Below are positions 26,271-38,740 of a DNA stretch of 64,000 nucleotides, piece after piece. The translations under genes and the position numbers were made by a program. Origin of the DNA: Mobula hypostoma. Its lineage: Eukaryota. Location of the stretch: contig NC_086108.1 of the NCBI RefSeq assembly GCF_963921235.1, positions 16,554,001 to 16,618,000 on the forward strand. Reading direction: 5' to 3'. A model generated the notes under the pieces. That model was not told the origin of the DNA and made no database searches. It worked only from the letters and a program-made list of their open reading frames with translations. The number at the start of each line of letters is the position of its first letter. Position 1 is the stretch's first letter.

Positions 26271-27545
26271 TATTTTCTATAAACAACCCTGCTGATAGTG
26301 ATCTCTCTTGCTATCCTCATACACGCAAACTATACAATAAGAATCACTGGCCAGCACAAAAATACGATTCTTGTCTGCTTACCGAGACTTATTTAAGTCT
26401 CCTAATAATAAACCCTTTTTACTTTGGGGAGTCTATATTTTGTAATTTTAATAGAATTTTGCAATTTTAATAAAAGAATCCTTTACTAGTTAAGCTTTGG
26501 TTTTAAGGAATAAATAAAAAAATTACTTCATTATTTTCACTATGAAATAAACTCAAACTTTCATTTGACAATGGGACTTTGAGTTGATCAACTAAGCTTT
26601 TGATGCAAGATTATGCACTATTCACTCTTATTACATTTCCCCATCTCTCTGTTAATACTCTGAAAGATGAAAAAGGATTTGCACCTTGTGTCCTTAAGTC
26701 TTCCCACCGTACATCACAGGCATAAAAATCTTTTGAAATATAACGTCTAATGCTGAGGCCTCAAGAAACTTATGGTGAGAGGAGACCATAGTTGTGTTCT
26801 GCAGGGAATTTAAGTTTCATAAAGACAAAAAAGTTTTACAGGAAATTTTCAGAAGGTGATCTAACAAAGAAGAATATTTTGAGTGATAAAACAATAATTA
26901 ATTGTACAGGGAACAAGGAATAATATGAAGCCTGAGCAAATGCATGGATTGTTACAGGAGTCTATGAGAGGACATACAATTGTTGAGGGCCTGAGAGCAG
27001 TGTAGCTCAGAATGACAAGTGATAGGACAGTAGGACCTGCAGATATGGATGAGATCCATTCTTTATACAAGTGTTATCTGTGGAGGTTTGGGTGAGCTAA
27101 GAGAACTACAAAGAAGCTGAGTACTCAAGCTTTTGATGTCTTTTTTCCATCATTAGCTGATACAACCCCACTACATTCCAACTTAACCAAAAGGGGCAGA
27201 AGAAAAGTCACATTAATAGCATACTATTTTCTTGTTTTGCCTCTGCCTCTATGTTTACATTCCCTCCAAAACAACATGAAAATGAAAGCAGTCCATTATC
27301 ATTGTAACATGAAGAAGAAAGTTTCTTAAAAGGCATTAGATATGAAAGTAGCCATGAGTATACTTTTAATTTAGTTTTTTCTTTTAGTTTTTGCTACTTC
27401 TTTCTTTCCCTAATAGACGGATGTTTCAGCTGTGGCAAACACCAGTCTTTCACTGGACAACACTTTTAGAATAGTGTTCTGCCATTCTGAATAAGCAAGA
27501 CCCTATTACCGTAGCTACAAATAAATCTCTTCACTCAGTACGTAC

Positions 27546-27755
27546 AGTGATTTACGCAGAGAGATGCTGTAAGTACGCTTCCACAATTTGGTTTTTTGAC
27601 GGTTCCGCACTCCATCCTCAAGGTCCATCATTTGCTCCAAAAGGGTCTGGTCATCAGCGTTAAGAGGTGCCACTGAGATATCACGCACGGCACGAAATTC
27701 ACCACAGTTGTTAAGATGCTCATTTTCCAGACGGAAGAAATTCCACACAAACCGG
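27546..27755 (-). CDS. XPR1: XPR1 penultimate coding exon: [69 protein letters not shown](L)
   Basis: Hallmark [23 protein letters not shown]. Acceptor tttttgctacag; donor CT|gtacgt gives phase 2, matching the terminal exon; 210 nt. Confidence 0.95.
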
Positions 27756-28804
27756 CTGTAGCAAAAAACAACTCAATATTAACAAGGCATTCTGCAATGA
27801 ATACACAAGACATGACAACCAGCAATTGATTTTTTTTGTTTAGGTATTCATTCCCACTCTTACTATTAAAATAAATATTTCCGCTGTGGTAAACATCTGT
27901 ATTGATATTCCCATGCAAGGACAATCTGCTATTCCAAATAAACAAGTACATGATCTACCTGTGAACTATATCACTGTAATGGACATTTGAGAACTTTTCA
28001 ATTGAAATCCTCATTCACAGCACAATCTCAAGATCTTTCTTCCTTATTATGAATTAAGGTAGTGATGAATTTTTGGGATACTAAATTGGAAGTTAATTAT
28101 TGTTTTGTTAAAAGAAACTTCACTATTATTTTGAGAGCTTAAAATTCCACCCTCTCCCAATCTATTGTTCAAAAGTGGTGAAGTTCTGTGACTTCAGTAA
28201 TCTTGACCCCTCATTTCCCATATGGCTTTCCAGGGATTTGATCAGAGAAGTTTCCACATGTGACAATCACAAGTACCTTTGACAAACCCTGGGTGCACAT
28301 CACGAGTTTGATCAAAAATTGTCTCATGGATAGCCATTCTCTTCTCCAAAGCTGAGATATTTGTGCTTGGCTGCAGATGGCTAAATTACAAGTGTGGATT
28401 GATTCGTGGTGTTCTAGATCACTGATCCATAAACATAAGTTTGAATCTTTCCATAACAACTGGTACATTGGATATATACTCCAAATCACTTATTGATACA
28501 AATGTGATGAGGCTTAGTCACCTCAGGTCTTCACTCCCTTGGTGCTTTCAAATCTTCTCATTTTTATAGATTCTTTCTGTAGGATACTGCTTAACTTTCC
28601 TCCTCTCTATTCTCACTCTTGACATTGAACTTCAGTGAATTGTGGGCCAATTAGAAAAGAATATACATTCTTTTCATTCCACACAAAATATCTGTTTCTA
28701 GGCTGACATGCTGTTCACCAGGTTCTAATGTAACTGTTAGTGGCCCTTACAACTCTCGATCCATAACATTTTATTCATCACAGTATGACTATGAATGATG
28801 TTAC

Positions 28805-28944
28805 CGGAAAACCTCCAGTGGAGCCAACACTGTGGCAATTATGTCACCCATTGAAGCAAAAGCACTCATTGAGGTGACTGAAATCTGCACTGTCCACGCA
28901 AATCGTAGGATGACATCCTCCACTATGGCACAGTAGTAATAGAT
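28805..28944 (-). CDS. XPR1: XPR1 internal coding exon: [46 protein letters not shown](R)
   Basis: XPR1 motifs [14 protein letters not shown] and APLEVFR. Acceptor tttatttacag, donor CG|gtaa; 140 nt, phase 0 to 2, compatible with both neighbours. Confidence 0.96.
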
Positions 28945-30366
28945 CTGTAAATAAAAGCAAAAAATTAATGCTTTAGTACATTTACAGGACATGAGAGTAC
29001 AACTGCAGGACTAAATAAACAATCTCTTTTTTTCCTTCCATGGTCTTGAGTTGACTGACAGCACTCTTCTTTGAAAACACCTCAAATAACTGATGTCAAT
29101 TTGCAATTATGCCTTCGGCATAGAAAAAAAAAACCATCTCCAGGCATTTAATAAGACCATCTCTCCAGAAATTATGACAAACCACCAGTCAGATAAAATA
29201 GAGAATTTATTCTCAGTGGTAGGTTTAAGCGGAAAGTAAGTAAACACCCCTAAGGCGATGGGGCTGGAGGAAATGAAAGTAGGCCACTTTCTCAAACAAA
29301 GACACTGACTTTGTTTGACTTGGTAGACTTAAAGGAGCACATTAGATGCAAGGTGTAAATTATGTATTACAGTCATTTAACAAGAAAATGTAATGAGGTC
29401 AGGAAATGGATGTCAACCTCTTTCCCCGTTTATTTTACTAAAGGCCTCAGCTCTGCTTCCTCGCGCTCCATCCCACCCTCATCTCCAATTTAATGAATTA
29501 TTAAACCACAGTATGATACCAAGCTTCTTTTCTACTGTCTTCAAGTCTGTTTCCATATCTTTGGCAAGAAATGTTCAAACTAGATCCCAGACTTCCCCAT
29601 CCAACTGGGCCTTTTTGTTTGCTGGGTAATGGATCATATCAGAAGTGTCACAGACTAAACAAGAAGAAAGTGTACCAATTCAGAGAGAATGGAGTCAAGA
29701 AAGGAGAAAATAAGCAAGTTGAAAAATAAGTCTACTCATAATGTCTTCCTAAAGGATATTTAGTAGAAGGTAGAAATGGGCTATGCAGGCTGGGAGACCA
29801 CAAAGCTAGATACTATGGAGGGAAAATCTCCTAAGGAAAGGAGGTCCATAACTACCTGGCGTTCAATATCTTATTTTCAGCAGTGTGGTCATATCCAGAG
29901 GTCACTTTGTGAAACTACAGAAGTTCCTCCCTTGTCAATGAGTTTGATGATGATATCAGGGGCTAATTCTCATTGCTACGTTCAGAAGGAGTGGGTTAGA
30001 AAGGCAGAAGAGAGAAGGGGACAAAAGGGTACATAAATCAGGAGAGGGCAAGTTCCTTTGGGGCTTTAAGAAGTTACTTCTTCATTTGTATTTAAGTGGC
30101 CTTTAGTACCTCAGGCCAACCCAAAGGATTCCTGCAGTAAATGAAGTAATTTTGAAGTGAAGTGAAAGGACTACGGACGACAATTTACTCACAGCCTGAC
30201 TTAGATAAACATCAACACAGACCTGCTGAGACAAACTATCTGTTTCTGTGCAGAAAACTTCCATGGAATTAGCTCAAGTAATTACTAGTGGATACTAGTA
30301 GACTCAGGTGTTGTAATTTGGTTGTATTCATTGATAAAGCAACCTCAGTTAAACAGTCTTTTAGGA

Positions 30367-31075
30367 CAGCGGTCCCCAACCACCGGGCCGCGGACCAGTA
30401 CCAGGCCGTGAGGAAACGATATGAGCAAGCTGCGCCTTTCCTTATTCCCTGTCACGCCCACTGTTGAACATGAACATAGGGTTGTTTGCCGGGACATCCT
30501 GTATATTGGGCTAAATTGGTTTGTCCCGTATTTCCCCCGCTAAGGTAGAGCGGTCCTATGAAACCTTTCGTGCCGAAATAGCGTGAAGCAAAGAAGCAAT
30601 TACCATTAATTTATATATGGGAAAAATTTTTGAGCGTTCCCAGACCCAAAAAATAACCTAACAAATCATACCAGATAACACATAAAGCCAAAAATAAATA
30701 ACACCAACATATAGTAAAAGCAGGAATGATATGATATGATAAATACACAGCCTATATAAAGGAGAAATAATGTATGTACAGTATAGTCGGGAAGATGAAG
30801 GCAAAACCAACTAGTGGGGAAAAAAATCGGCACATGCACACATCACATGCGCACACAGGTGCCTGTGCAAGGCTTCATGGTCATGGTAGTCTTCCCTGGG
30901 GTAAAGTGTCCCGGGATTTGACTGCTACTTTTGTCCCTTATTTGGAATGAGAAAGTTGGCAACCCTAACTGTAAAAGACACAGTGCGGTGAGTTTAACCC
31001 TACTTGAACACCGCACCACCCTCCCCCCACCCCTGATCGGCCGGTCCACGGTACAAAAAAGGTTGGGGACCCCTG
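30367..31075. mobile_element. hAT (Charlie-like) MITE, with possible internal second element 30477-30967
   Basis: TIRs cagcggtccccaacc / ggttggggacccctg; 8-bp TSD ttttagga/ttttaggg; inner tagggttg...caacccta ends. Confidence 0.85.
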
Positions 31076-31282
31076 TTTTAGGGCATTCAACAAGGCAAGC
31101 TAGTAGAAGCAGTGCTGTCTAGGTCTAGGGTTCTAGTCTGGACACCACTTCTATAAGGCAACCTACATCTCTGTTTACATCATTTTCTGCATTCATAGAG
31201 GGTAGCACTTAACCTTTGCTAACTTATTTAATCACAGGATGATGCTTGAAATGTTAGCTATTATCCCCTAACAGTCACATAT

Positions 31283-32680
31283 TAGAGAGGAGGGTTAGCA
31301 ACCACCTCAGGAGATAGCTGGGGCTGCCAAAGAGCCTGAGCAGCATCGCACTCTATCGACACCACAACAAACTGCAACTGCCCTTCAAATCCTTGGAGGA
31401 AGAATTCAAGGTAACAAGAGCCAGAGAAGTGCTATAGTATAGGGACTCAAGTGACCCAAAGGTGGTTAGAGCAGGGATCCAAGTAAGTACTGGCAGGAAG
31501 TGGAGGGCAGAGGAAGCTGTTCAGGAGGCAGAGGCGAGGCTGCGTCACAGGAGGCTGGTGGGAGTGGTCACACGAGGCCGAGCTGGGCTAGGATCCTTTC
31601 CAACTCCCCAAATGGACACCAGAGGGAAGGAAAGGCGTCGTCTAGTTCAGGAGGAGGTGAGAGCAGTAGTGGAGGAGTTGAGAGCCTGCAAGGCGGTGGG
31701 AATGAAGCAACAGGGAGCTTGGACAAGATGGGAGAATGTGGTTGAGAGGAAAGTGACCTGGGCTGACCTTTGGAAAGCCGAACCACACCGCATCCAATTT
31801 CTCATCCAGGCAGTGTACGATGTGCTTCCAAGCCCATCAAACCTACACACACGGGGCAAGGCAGAGTCATCTGCGTGCCCACTGTGCTCCAAGTGAGGAA
31901 CTCTGGAGCATATCCTCAGTGGCTGTGCAAGAGCACTTGGTGAGGGACGGTACAGGTGGAGGCATGATCAGGTCCTGAAGACCATCGCTGAAGCCGTCAG
32001 TGCAGGCGTTGAGTGGGCGAAGCGGTCCCGACCCTCCAAGCAGACCATTGCCTTTGTCAGCGCTGGGGAGCAGCCAATACCTGCCAAAAGAACATCTGCA
32101 GGCATTCTGACCTCTGCAAGGGACTGGCAGCTGTTGGTGGACCTCGAAGGGCAGCTGAAGTTCCCCAACCATATTGCAGCCACCACCCTGCGACCAGACA
32201 TTGCCCTAGTGTCTGAGGCTACTAAACAAGTGGTGCTGCTGGAGCTGACAGTCCCATGGGAAGATAGCTTGGAGGAGGCCTTTGAAAGGAAGCTCTCCAA
32301 GTACGCAGGACTGGTCAGCAACTGTCAGCAGGCTGGATGGAGAGTGAGGTGTCTCCCAGTGGAGGTTGGTTGTAGGGGATTCATAGCCCGTTCTTTAGTT
32401 AGGGCCTTCAGCATTTTGGGCATCGAGGGAGAGAGGAAGAGGAGAGCCATCCGCAGTACCACCGATGCGGCAGAGAGGGCCTCAAGATGGCTGTGGCTCA
32501 AAAGAGAGGAGCCATGGAGTCATAAGTAGCTAGCCATCCGGACACAAGCTGGGGTCTGATTAGCCCCGGCTGGGTCACCTGGAGGAGGTTGTATGATGTT
32601 GAAAGACCCGAAACACCCGATGATTCCAGGAACATCACTGAAGATGTGTCCAGAAGCATCAATAGATGTATGTACACAAC
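31283..32680 (+). mobile_element. HERO-clade non-LTR retrotransposon, 5'-truncated (CCHC plus restriction-like endonuclease)
   Basis: ORFs 31462-31896 and 32134-32529 share one frame, broken by a TGA. Motifs GRKW, CPLC...HILSGC, RHD, RPDI...ELTVPWE...K, VEVGCRGF, SRWLW. Confidence 0.88.
32540..32651 (+). ncRNA. Candidate non-circularly permuted hammerhead ribozyme in HERO 3' UTR
   Basis: All core nucleotides are in register (GUA 32591-93; GAAA 32610-13; CUGAAGA 32638-44), with stems I, II and III formed in rearranged order. Confidence 0.6.
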
Positions 32681-33283
32681 AGGCATGCAGGGCAAGGAAG
32701 ATAGGTATCCTAAACAAAGAAATGTGAACCAAATAGGTTTTATAACAACCTGGTAATTTCATGTATGTCGTTACTTATGTAAGGAATACTAACAGATCTA
32801 GCTGCTTGAACTTATACTCCCAGCTGCCAGGATGGTGTTGAAATTTAGTAGCTCAAAACTCTGGCTGCTTTTCTAGTATTTCAATTGTTGTACCACTGTA
32901 CTGTGAAATAAGCCTTATCTAGCACACTCCCCGGTGCTAATATCACTACTACTACTACTTCTCAAAATTGGAGCTATCCAACCACCTGTAGGTACCATAA
33001 TTATATGGATAGCTATAAATAAAGTTGCCAAGGAGTATGGGACAGGATCTTGGATTGGCACTAGTTTTAAATTTACAGCATTATTATTGAAACAGAGAAT
33101 TACGTGGTGGCTATGAGAATTCACTCAATTTAAACATGATTGGTATTTTCCTGAGAACATCAATTTCTGTTAATATGTTTCTGATACTTTTCTTCCTTTA
33201 GTCATGGCATCAGCTCTTGTCACAGGACAACTACACAGAGCGATACTTCAGTACATTACGTCATACACAAAGCAAACACATAC

Positions 33284-33450
33284 TTTTTGTGGATAGACAA
33301 TCTCCTCACGCAAGAACGTGTTTTCTCCAGCATTTTTGTCAAAGAGACCCCAGTCCATCTTCAGGTCCCAGGTAAGAGTATAACAGGAGCTGATCAATAA
33401 GAAGGTGATCCACAAGTAGAAAAACACCACTGCATCATCATGATTATGTT
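33284..33450 (-). CDS. XPR1: XPR1 internal coding exon (EXS domain): (E)[55 protein letters not shown]
   Basis: Peptide recognised as the XPR1 EXS segment [29 protein letters not shown]. Acceptor tgtctttcag, donor AAA|gtatgt; 167 nt, ends in phase 0. Confidence 0.96.
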
Positions 33451-34155
33451 CTGAAAGACAGACACAAATAAAAGCATTACTTTCTGCCTCATAAGTGGAG
33501 TTATCCTTTCTCGTTAACCTTGGCAAAAACAATGGCTGATGTGGTTATTGTTGTATTTAGGATAATTTATATTACAGGGAAATAAAACTGTAATATATCT
33601 GCACCTGGTGCTGCTGTCGGCTCAGCTGCAGTCCTGTTTGTTATATTTAGAATCATACAATCACAAAAGAGCCTGTAAAAATATATTTTAAATGTAGAAA
33701 TGTTATCTGCATCTACCCCACTTCCTCTGGCAGCTCATTGCAGATAATCACCACCCTCTGTGATGAAAAGTTACCCTTCAGATCTCTTAAATTCCTGTCA
33801 CTTTAAACATGTGCCCGCGAGTTCTGGACTCTTTTGCCCTGGAAAAAAAAAGACAGACTATCTACACACAAGAGATTCTGCAAATGCTGGAAATCCAGAG
33901 GAATACACACAAATTGCTGGAGGAACTCAGCAGGTCAGATAGCTTCTATGGAGAGGAACAAAGTATCTACGCTTCAGGCTGAGACACTTCATCAGGACTA
34001 GAAAGAAAGGGCAGAAAGACCATAAGACAGAGGAACAGAACGAAGCCAGAATGCTCTGCCATTTCATTATGGCTGATTTATTATCCCTCTCAACCCCATT
34101 CTCCCTGTAAACTTTGATACCCTAATAAAGAATCTACCAACCTCCGCTTTAAATA

Positions 34156-35007
34156 CAGTGGCACGCAAAAGTTTGGGCACCCCTGGTCAAAATTTCTGTT
34201 ACTGTGAATAACTAAGCGAGTAAAAGATGAACTGATTTCCAAAAGGCATAAAGTTAAAGAGGACACATTTCTTTAATATTTTAAGCAAGAAATCCTTTTT
34301 ATTTCCATCTTTTACAGAATCAAAATAACAAAAAAGGAAAAGGGCCCGAAGCAAAAGTTTGTATGGCCTGCATGGTCAGTACTCAGTAACACCCCCTTTG
34401 GCAAGTATCACAGCTTGTAAATGCTTTTTGTAGCCAGCTAAGAGTCTTTCAATTCTTGTTTGGGGGATTTTCGCACATTCTTCTTTGCAAAAGGCTTCTA
34501 GTTCTGTGAGGTTTTTGGGCGGTCTTGCATGCACTGCTCTTTTGAGGTCTATTCACAGATTCTTGATGATGTTTAAGTTAGGAGACTGTGAGGGCCATGG
34601 CAAAACCTTCAGTTTGCACCTCTTGAGGTACTCCATTGTGGATTTTGAGATGTGTTTAGGATCATCATCCTGTTGTAGAAGCTATCCTCATTTTATCGGC
34701 TTTTTTTTTTAACAGACAGCGTGATGTTTGCTTCCAGAATTTGGTGGTATTTAATTGAATTCATTCTTCCCTCTACCAGTATATGTTCCCTGTGCCACTG
34801 GCTGCAATATAAGCCCAAAGTATGATCAATCAAGCCCCGGGCTTAACAGTTGGAGAGGGGTTCATTTCATGAAATTCTGCACCCTTTTTTCTCCAAACAT
34901 ACCTTTGCTCATTGCGGCCAAAAAGTTCCATTCAAAAGATTCAAAGGAACATCTAAACAAGCCTGATGCATTTTGGAAACAAGTCCTGTTGACTGATGAA
35001 GTTAAAA
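34156..35007 (-). mobile_element. Tc1-family DNA transposon fragment with internal inversion
   Basis: TA-CAGTGGCACGCAAAAGTTTGGGCACCCC terminus with an inner direct repeat. Minus-strand transposase end IERLLAGYKKHLQAVILAKGGVTEY*; plus-strand piece KEHLNKPDAFWKQVLLTDEVK. Confidence 0.85.
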
Positions 35008-35383
35008 TGCCGCCATCTGTTCCGGCACGTCATGACAGCGTTTTAAAATATTCAAAAAAGCTCACTTTACAATTTAACTCTCATGCCGTTCACACTGACT
35101 GCGTGTTATAACAGCCGCCTGGCAGTGCTTGCGCAGTACCAAACAGAAGCAGAAAAAGCATTGTTGTTGTGGTGTTGTCATGACAACGTTTTAAAAATCT
35201 CTCCATTTACCCCGTCAACACTACAATGCGCAACAATCATTTTCAAATTTACACACTCTGGAGAGTGTTTTAGAAAAGCTCCATTTTTGGGGGATAAAAA
35301 CACTGTTACAATGTGGACAGAGGGTCAAAACGAAGAGAAAAAGCTTCGTTTTCAAAATTATCCGGCGTAGTGTGGACATAGCC
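35008..35383. mobile_element. Truncated PIF/Harbinger-like MITE
   Basis: Right end gtagtgtggacatagcct resembles GGCTATGTCCACACT-type termini; left end not seen. Confidence 0.55.
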
Positions 35384-35384
35384 T

Positions 35385-37620
35385 GACTCTCCTTTGTTTA
35401 TTCTGCTGTTATTTCCTCAAAGAATTTCAACAGATTTGTCAGAAACACTTTCCCATAAGGAAACCATGTTGACTACAGCCTATTTTATCATGTGCCTCCA
35501 AGTACCCGAAACCTCGTCCTTAATAATGTACGCCAACATTTACCCAACCACTGAAGTCTGGCTAATTGGCCTATAATTTATTTTCTTCTGCCTTCCACCC
35601 CACTTAAAAAGTGGAGTGACATTTGCAATTTTCCAGTCCTCCGGAACCATTCCAGAAACTAGTTTTTGAAAGATCATTACTAATCCCTCCACAATCGCTT
35701 CACTACTTCTTTCAGGACCCTGGAGTCATCTGGTCCAGGTGACTTAACTACCTTCAGACTTTTCAGCATCTCAAGCACCTTCTCCTTAATAATAGCGATG
35801 ACACTCACTTATGCCCCCTGACATTCGAATTTCTGGTATACTGCTAGTGAATTCCACAGTGAAGACTTATGCAAAATGCTTAAGTCCATCTGACATTTCT
35901 TTGTCCCTTACTACTACCTCTCTTTTACTCTTTATATATCTGAAAAAACTTTTGGCATCCTCTTTTATATTATTGGCTTATATACCTTTTTATTTCACCT
36001 TTTCATTAATGGCTTTTTAGCCTTCTGTTGGTTTTCAAAGCTTCCTAATCTAACCTCCTACAAATTTTTGCTAATTGTTGCCCTTAGAACGCGTCTTTTT
36101 CTTTGTGATGCATCTAACCTGCGCCTTCTGAATTTCTCCCAGAAATTCCAGCCACTGCTGTTCTGCCATCATCCCTGCTGGTGTCCCCTTCCAATCAAGT
36201 ATGGCCAGCTTCTCTATCATGCCTCTATAATTCCCTTTACTCCACTGTAATACTGATACACCTGACTTCAGCTTCTCCCTCTTGAACGGCAGGGTGAATT
36301 CCATCATAGTATGATCACCATCTCCAAAAGGTTCCTTTATTTTAAGCTGGTTCATTACACAACACCTTATCCAAAATTGTCTTTACCCTAGTGGCCACAA
36401 CAACAAACTGCTCTATAAATCCACCTCATAAGCATTCGATAAATTCCCTCTCTTGTGATTCACCACCAACCTGATTTTTCCAGTCCACCAGCATACTGAA
36501 ACCCCTCATGATTATTGTAACATTGACCTTTTTTACAAGCCTTTTCTATCTCCACATCCTGGCTTCTGTCCTGTATATAACACCCATCACAATCTTTTTA
36601 TCCTTGCAATTTTTTAACACGAGGATTTTACATCTTCCAGCCCTATGTCACCTCTTTCTTATTTTTTGGTGTGTGTGTCTGCGTGCGTGTGCGTCTGGCA
36701 TGTGCGTGATGATGTCTTTTTCAAGCCTTTACAAGCGCGGAGCGAGAGAGAGACTGTGTGGTGCGCCACTCCTCACAAAGACATTTTCGCAGTTTTTTCC
36801 CCTTTTATTTTACAAGGTCTAGTTGTGATCTTGACACTCAACCCGGCATGGATGGAAAGCGTACTTGGGAGCAGCCCCGACTGGATTCGAACCCGGGAAC
36901 CTCCGTTTCGGGACCCGGCGCTGATGTCATTGTGCCACCAGCTGGCCCATGTCACCACTTTCTAATGATTTTAAGACCCATTAGACATAGGAGCAGAATT
37001 AGGCCATTCAGCCCATTAAGTCTGCTCCACATTCCATCATGGCTGATTTATTATCCCTCTCAACCGCACTCCTGCCTTCTCCTTGTATTCTTTGATGCTT
37101 TCTCCAATCAACCTTTGCTATAAATAGTGTATACTCAGTGACACGCACAACATGCTGGAGGAACTCAGCAGGTCGGTCAGCATCCGTGGAAACGAACAGT
37201 CAACATTTCGGGCCGAGACTCTTTGTCAGGACTGAACAGGGAGGGGACAGGGGCCCTATAAAGAAGGTAGGGGGAGGGTGGGAAAGAGAGGCGTGTTGTG
37301 CATGTTGCTTTGACCCCAGCATCTGCAGAGTATTTTGTGTATACTCAGTGCCTTGTCTTCTGCAGCCACCTGTGATAATAATTTCTGTAGATTCACTGCC
37401 CTCTGGTTAAAGAAAATCCTCATCATTTCTGTTCTAAATGGACATCCCTCTATTCTGATACTGTGCCCTCTTGTTCTAGACTTACCCACTGTAGAAAACA
37501 TCCTCCCCACATTCGCTCTGTCTAGGCCTTTCAACATTTAATAGGATTCAGTGAGATTCCCCCTCATTCTTCTGAACTCCAGTGAATAGAGGCCTGGAGC
37601 TATCAAATGCTCTTCATATG
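35385..37620 (-). mobile_element. Decayed CR1 fragments (endonuclease, RT and 3' pieces) hosting younger insertions
   Basis: ORFs 36071-36355 (GDHTMMEF) and 37256-37537 (SRTRGHSIRI) are CR1-like. Confidence 0.7.
36660..36948 (-). mobile_element. Young tRNA-derived SINE with A-rich tail and 15-bp TSD
   Basis: A box TGGCACAATG, B box GGTTCGAATCC; TSD atgtcacctctttct/atgtcaccactttct; CpG-rich. Confidence 0.8.
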
Positions 37621-38740
37621 TTAACCAATTTTTATTTCATTTTTTTTTACTAATAGGGGCACCCAACCCTTCTGCCTACCTGCCTGCTCTTTCAATAAAG
37701 TGTGTATCATTGGGTGTTAAGCTCCCATCCTTGACCTTCTTTCAGACACGACTCAGTGATGCCTATGTCAAACCTGTCAATCTCCAACTGTGCTACAATT
37801 TTATCTATCTTAATCCGTATATCGTGTGCATTCAAATATACTATCTTCAATTCTGTATTCATCAATCTTTACAATTTTGCTACCATGCTACACGTCACCT
37901 CATCCCACTGACTGAAATTTTGCCCTATCATCTGCCTGTCCTTTCTCACAGACTCACTACGCACTGAATCAAATTGCAAACCAACTGTGCCACTTCAGCT
38001 CAGTCATTCTGGTTTCCATGCCCCTATACCAGATAAGTTTAAACCCTCAACAGCTCTAGGAAACTTGCCCACAAAGATATTGGTACCCCTCGGGTTCAGG
38101 TGTAACCTGTTCCTTTTGTACAGGTATATCTTTCCGAGAAGAAATCCCAATGATTCAGAAGTATGAAGCCCTGCCCCCTGCACCAGTTCCTCAGCTACGC
38201 ATTCATCTGCCAATTTATCCTATTCTTACCCTCACTGGCACGTGGCACAAGCAGCAATCCAGAGGTAGTGGAGGGGGAAAGGAGTACAAGCTGGTGGGTT
38301 ATAAGTGAAGCCAGATGAGGGGAAGCTGACAGATTGTAAGTGGTAAAGATAAAGGAATGAAGAAGGAGGAATCTGAAAGAGAATGAAAATGTAGAAAAGG
38401 AAGGTGGAGGGGCACCAGAAGAAGGTTATAGGCAGGTGAAGAGAAGGGGTAAAAGGGGAGTCAGAATAGGAAATTGAAAAAGAGATAAGGGGGCAGGGGA
38501 AAAATTACCAGTAGTCAGAGAAATTAATATTCATGCTGTCAGGTTGGAGGCTACCCAGATGGAATATGAATTGGCTTCGCTTAAAATATCACCCCAGCTG
38601 ACTCACAGGTGAAGTGTCGCCTCACCTGGAAGGACTGTCTGGGGCCTTGAATGGTGGTAAGGGAGGAAGTGTAAGGGCATGTGCAGCACTTGTTCCGCTT
38701 ACAAGGATAAGTGCCTTGGATAAAGTGCCTTTAATACAAG

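Noticed and set aside
36860..36948. tRNA-like sequences here and at 4300-4365 and 5040-5090
   Set aside because: They are SINE heads attached to bodies, tails or TSDs, not tRNA genes.
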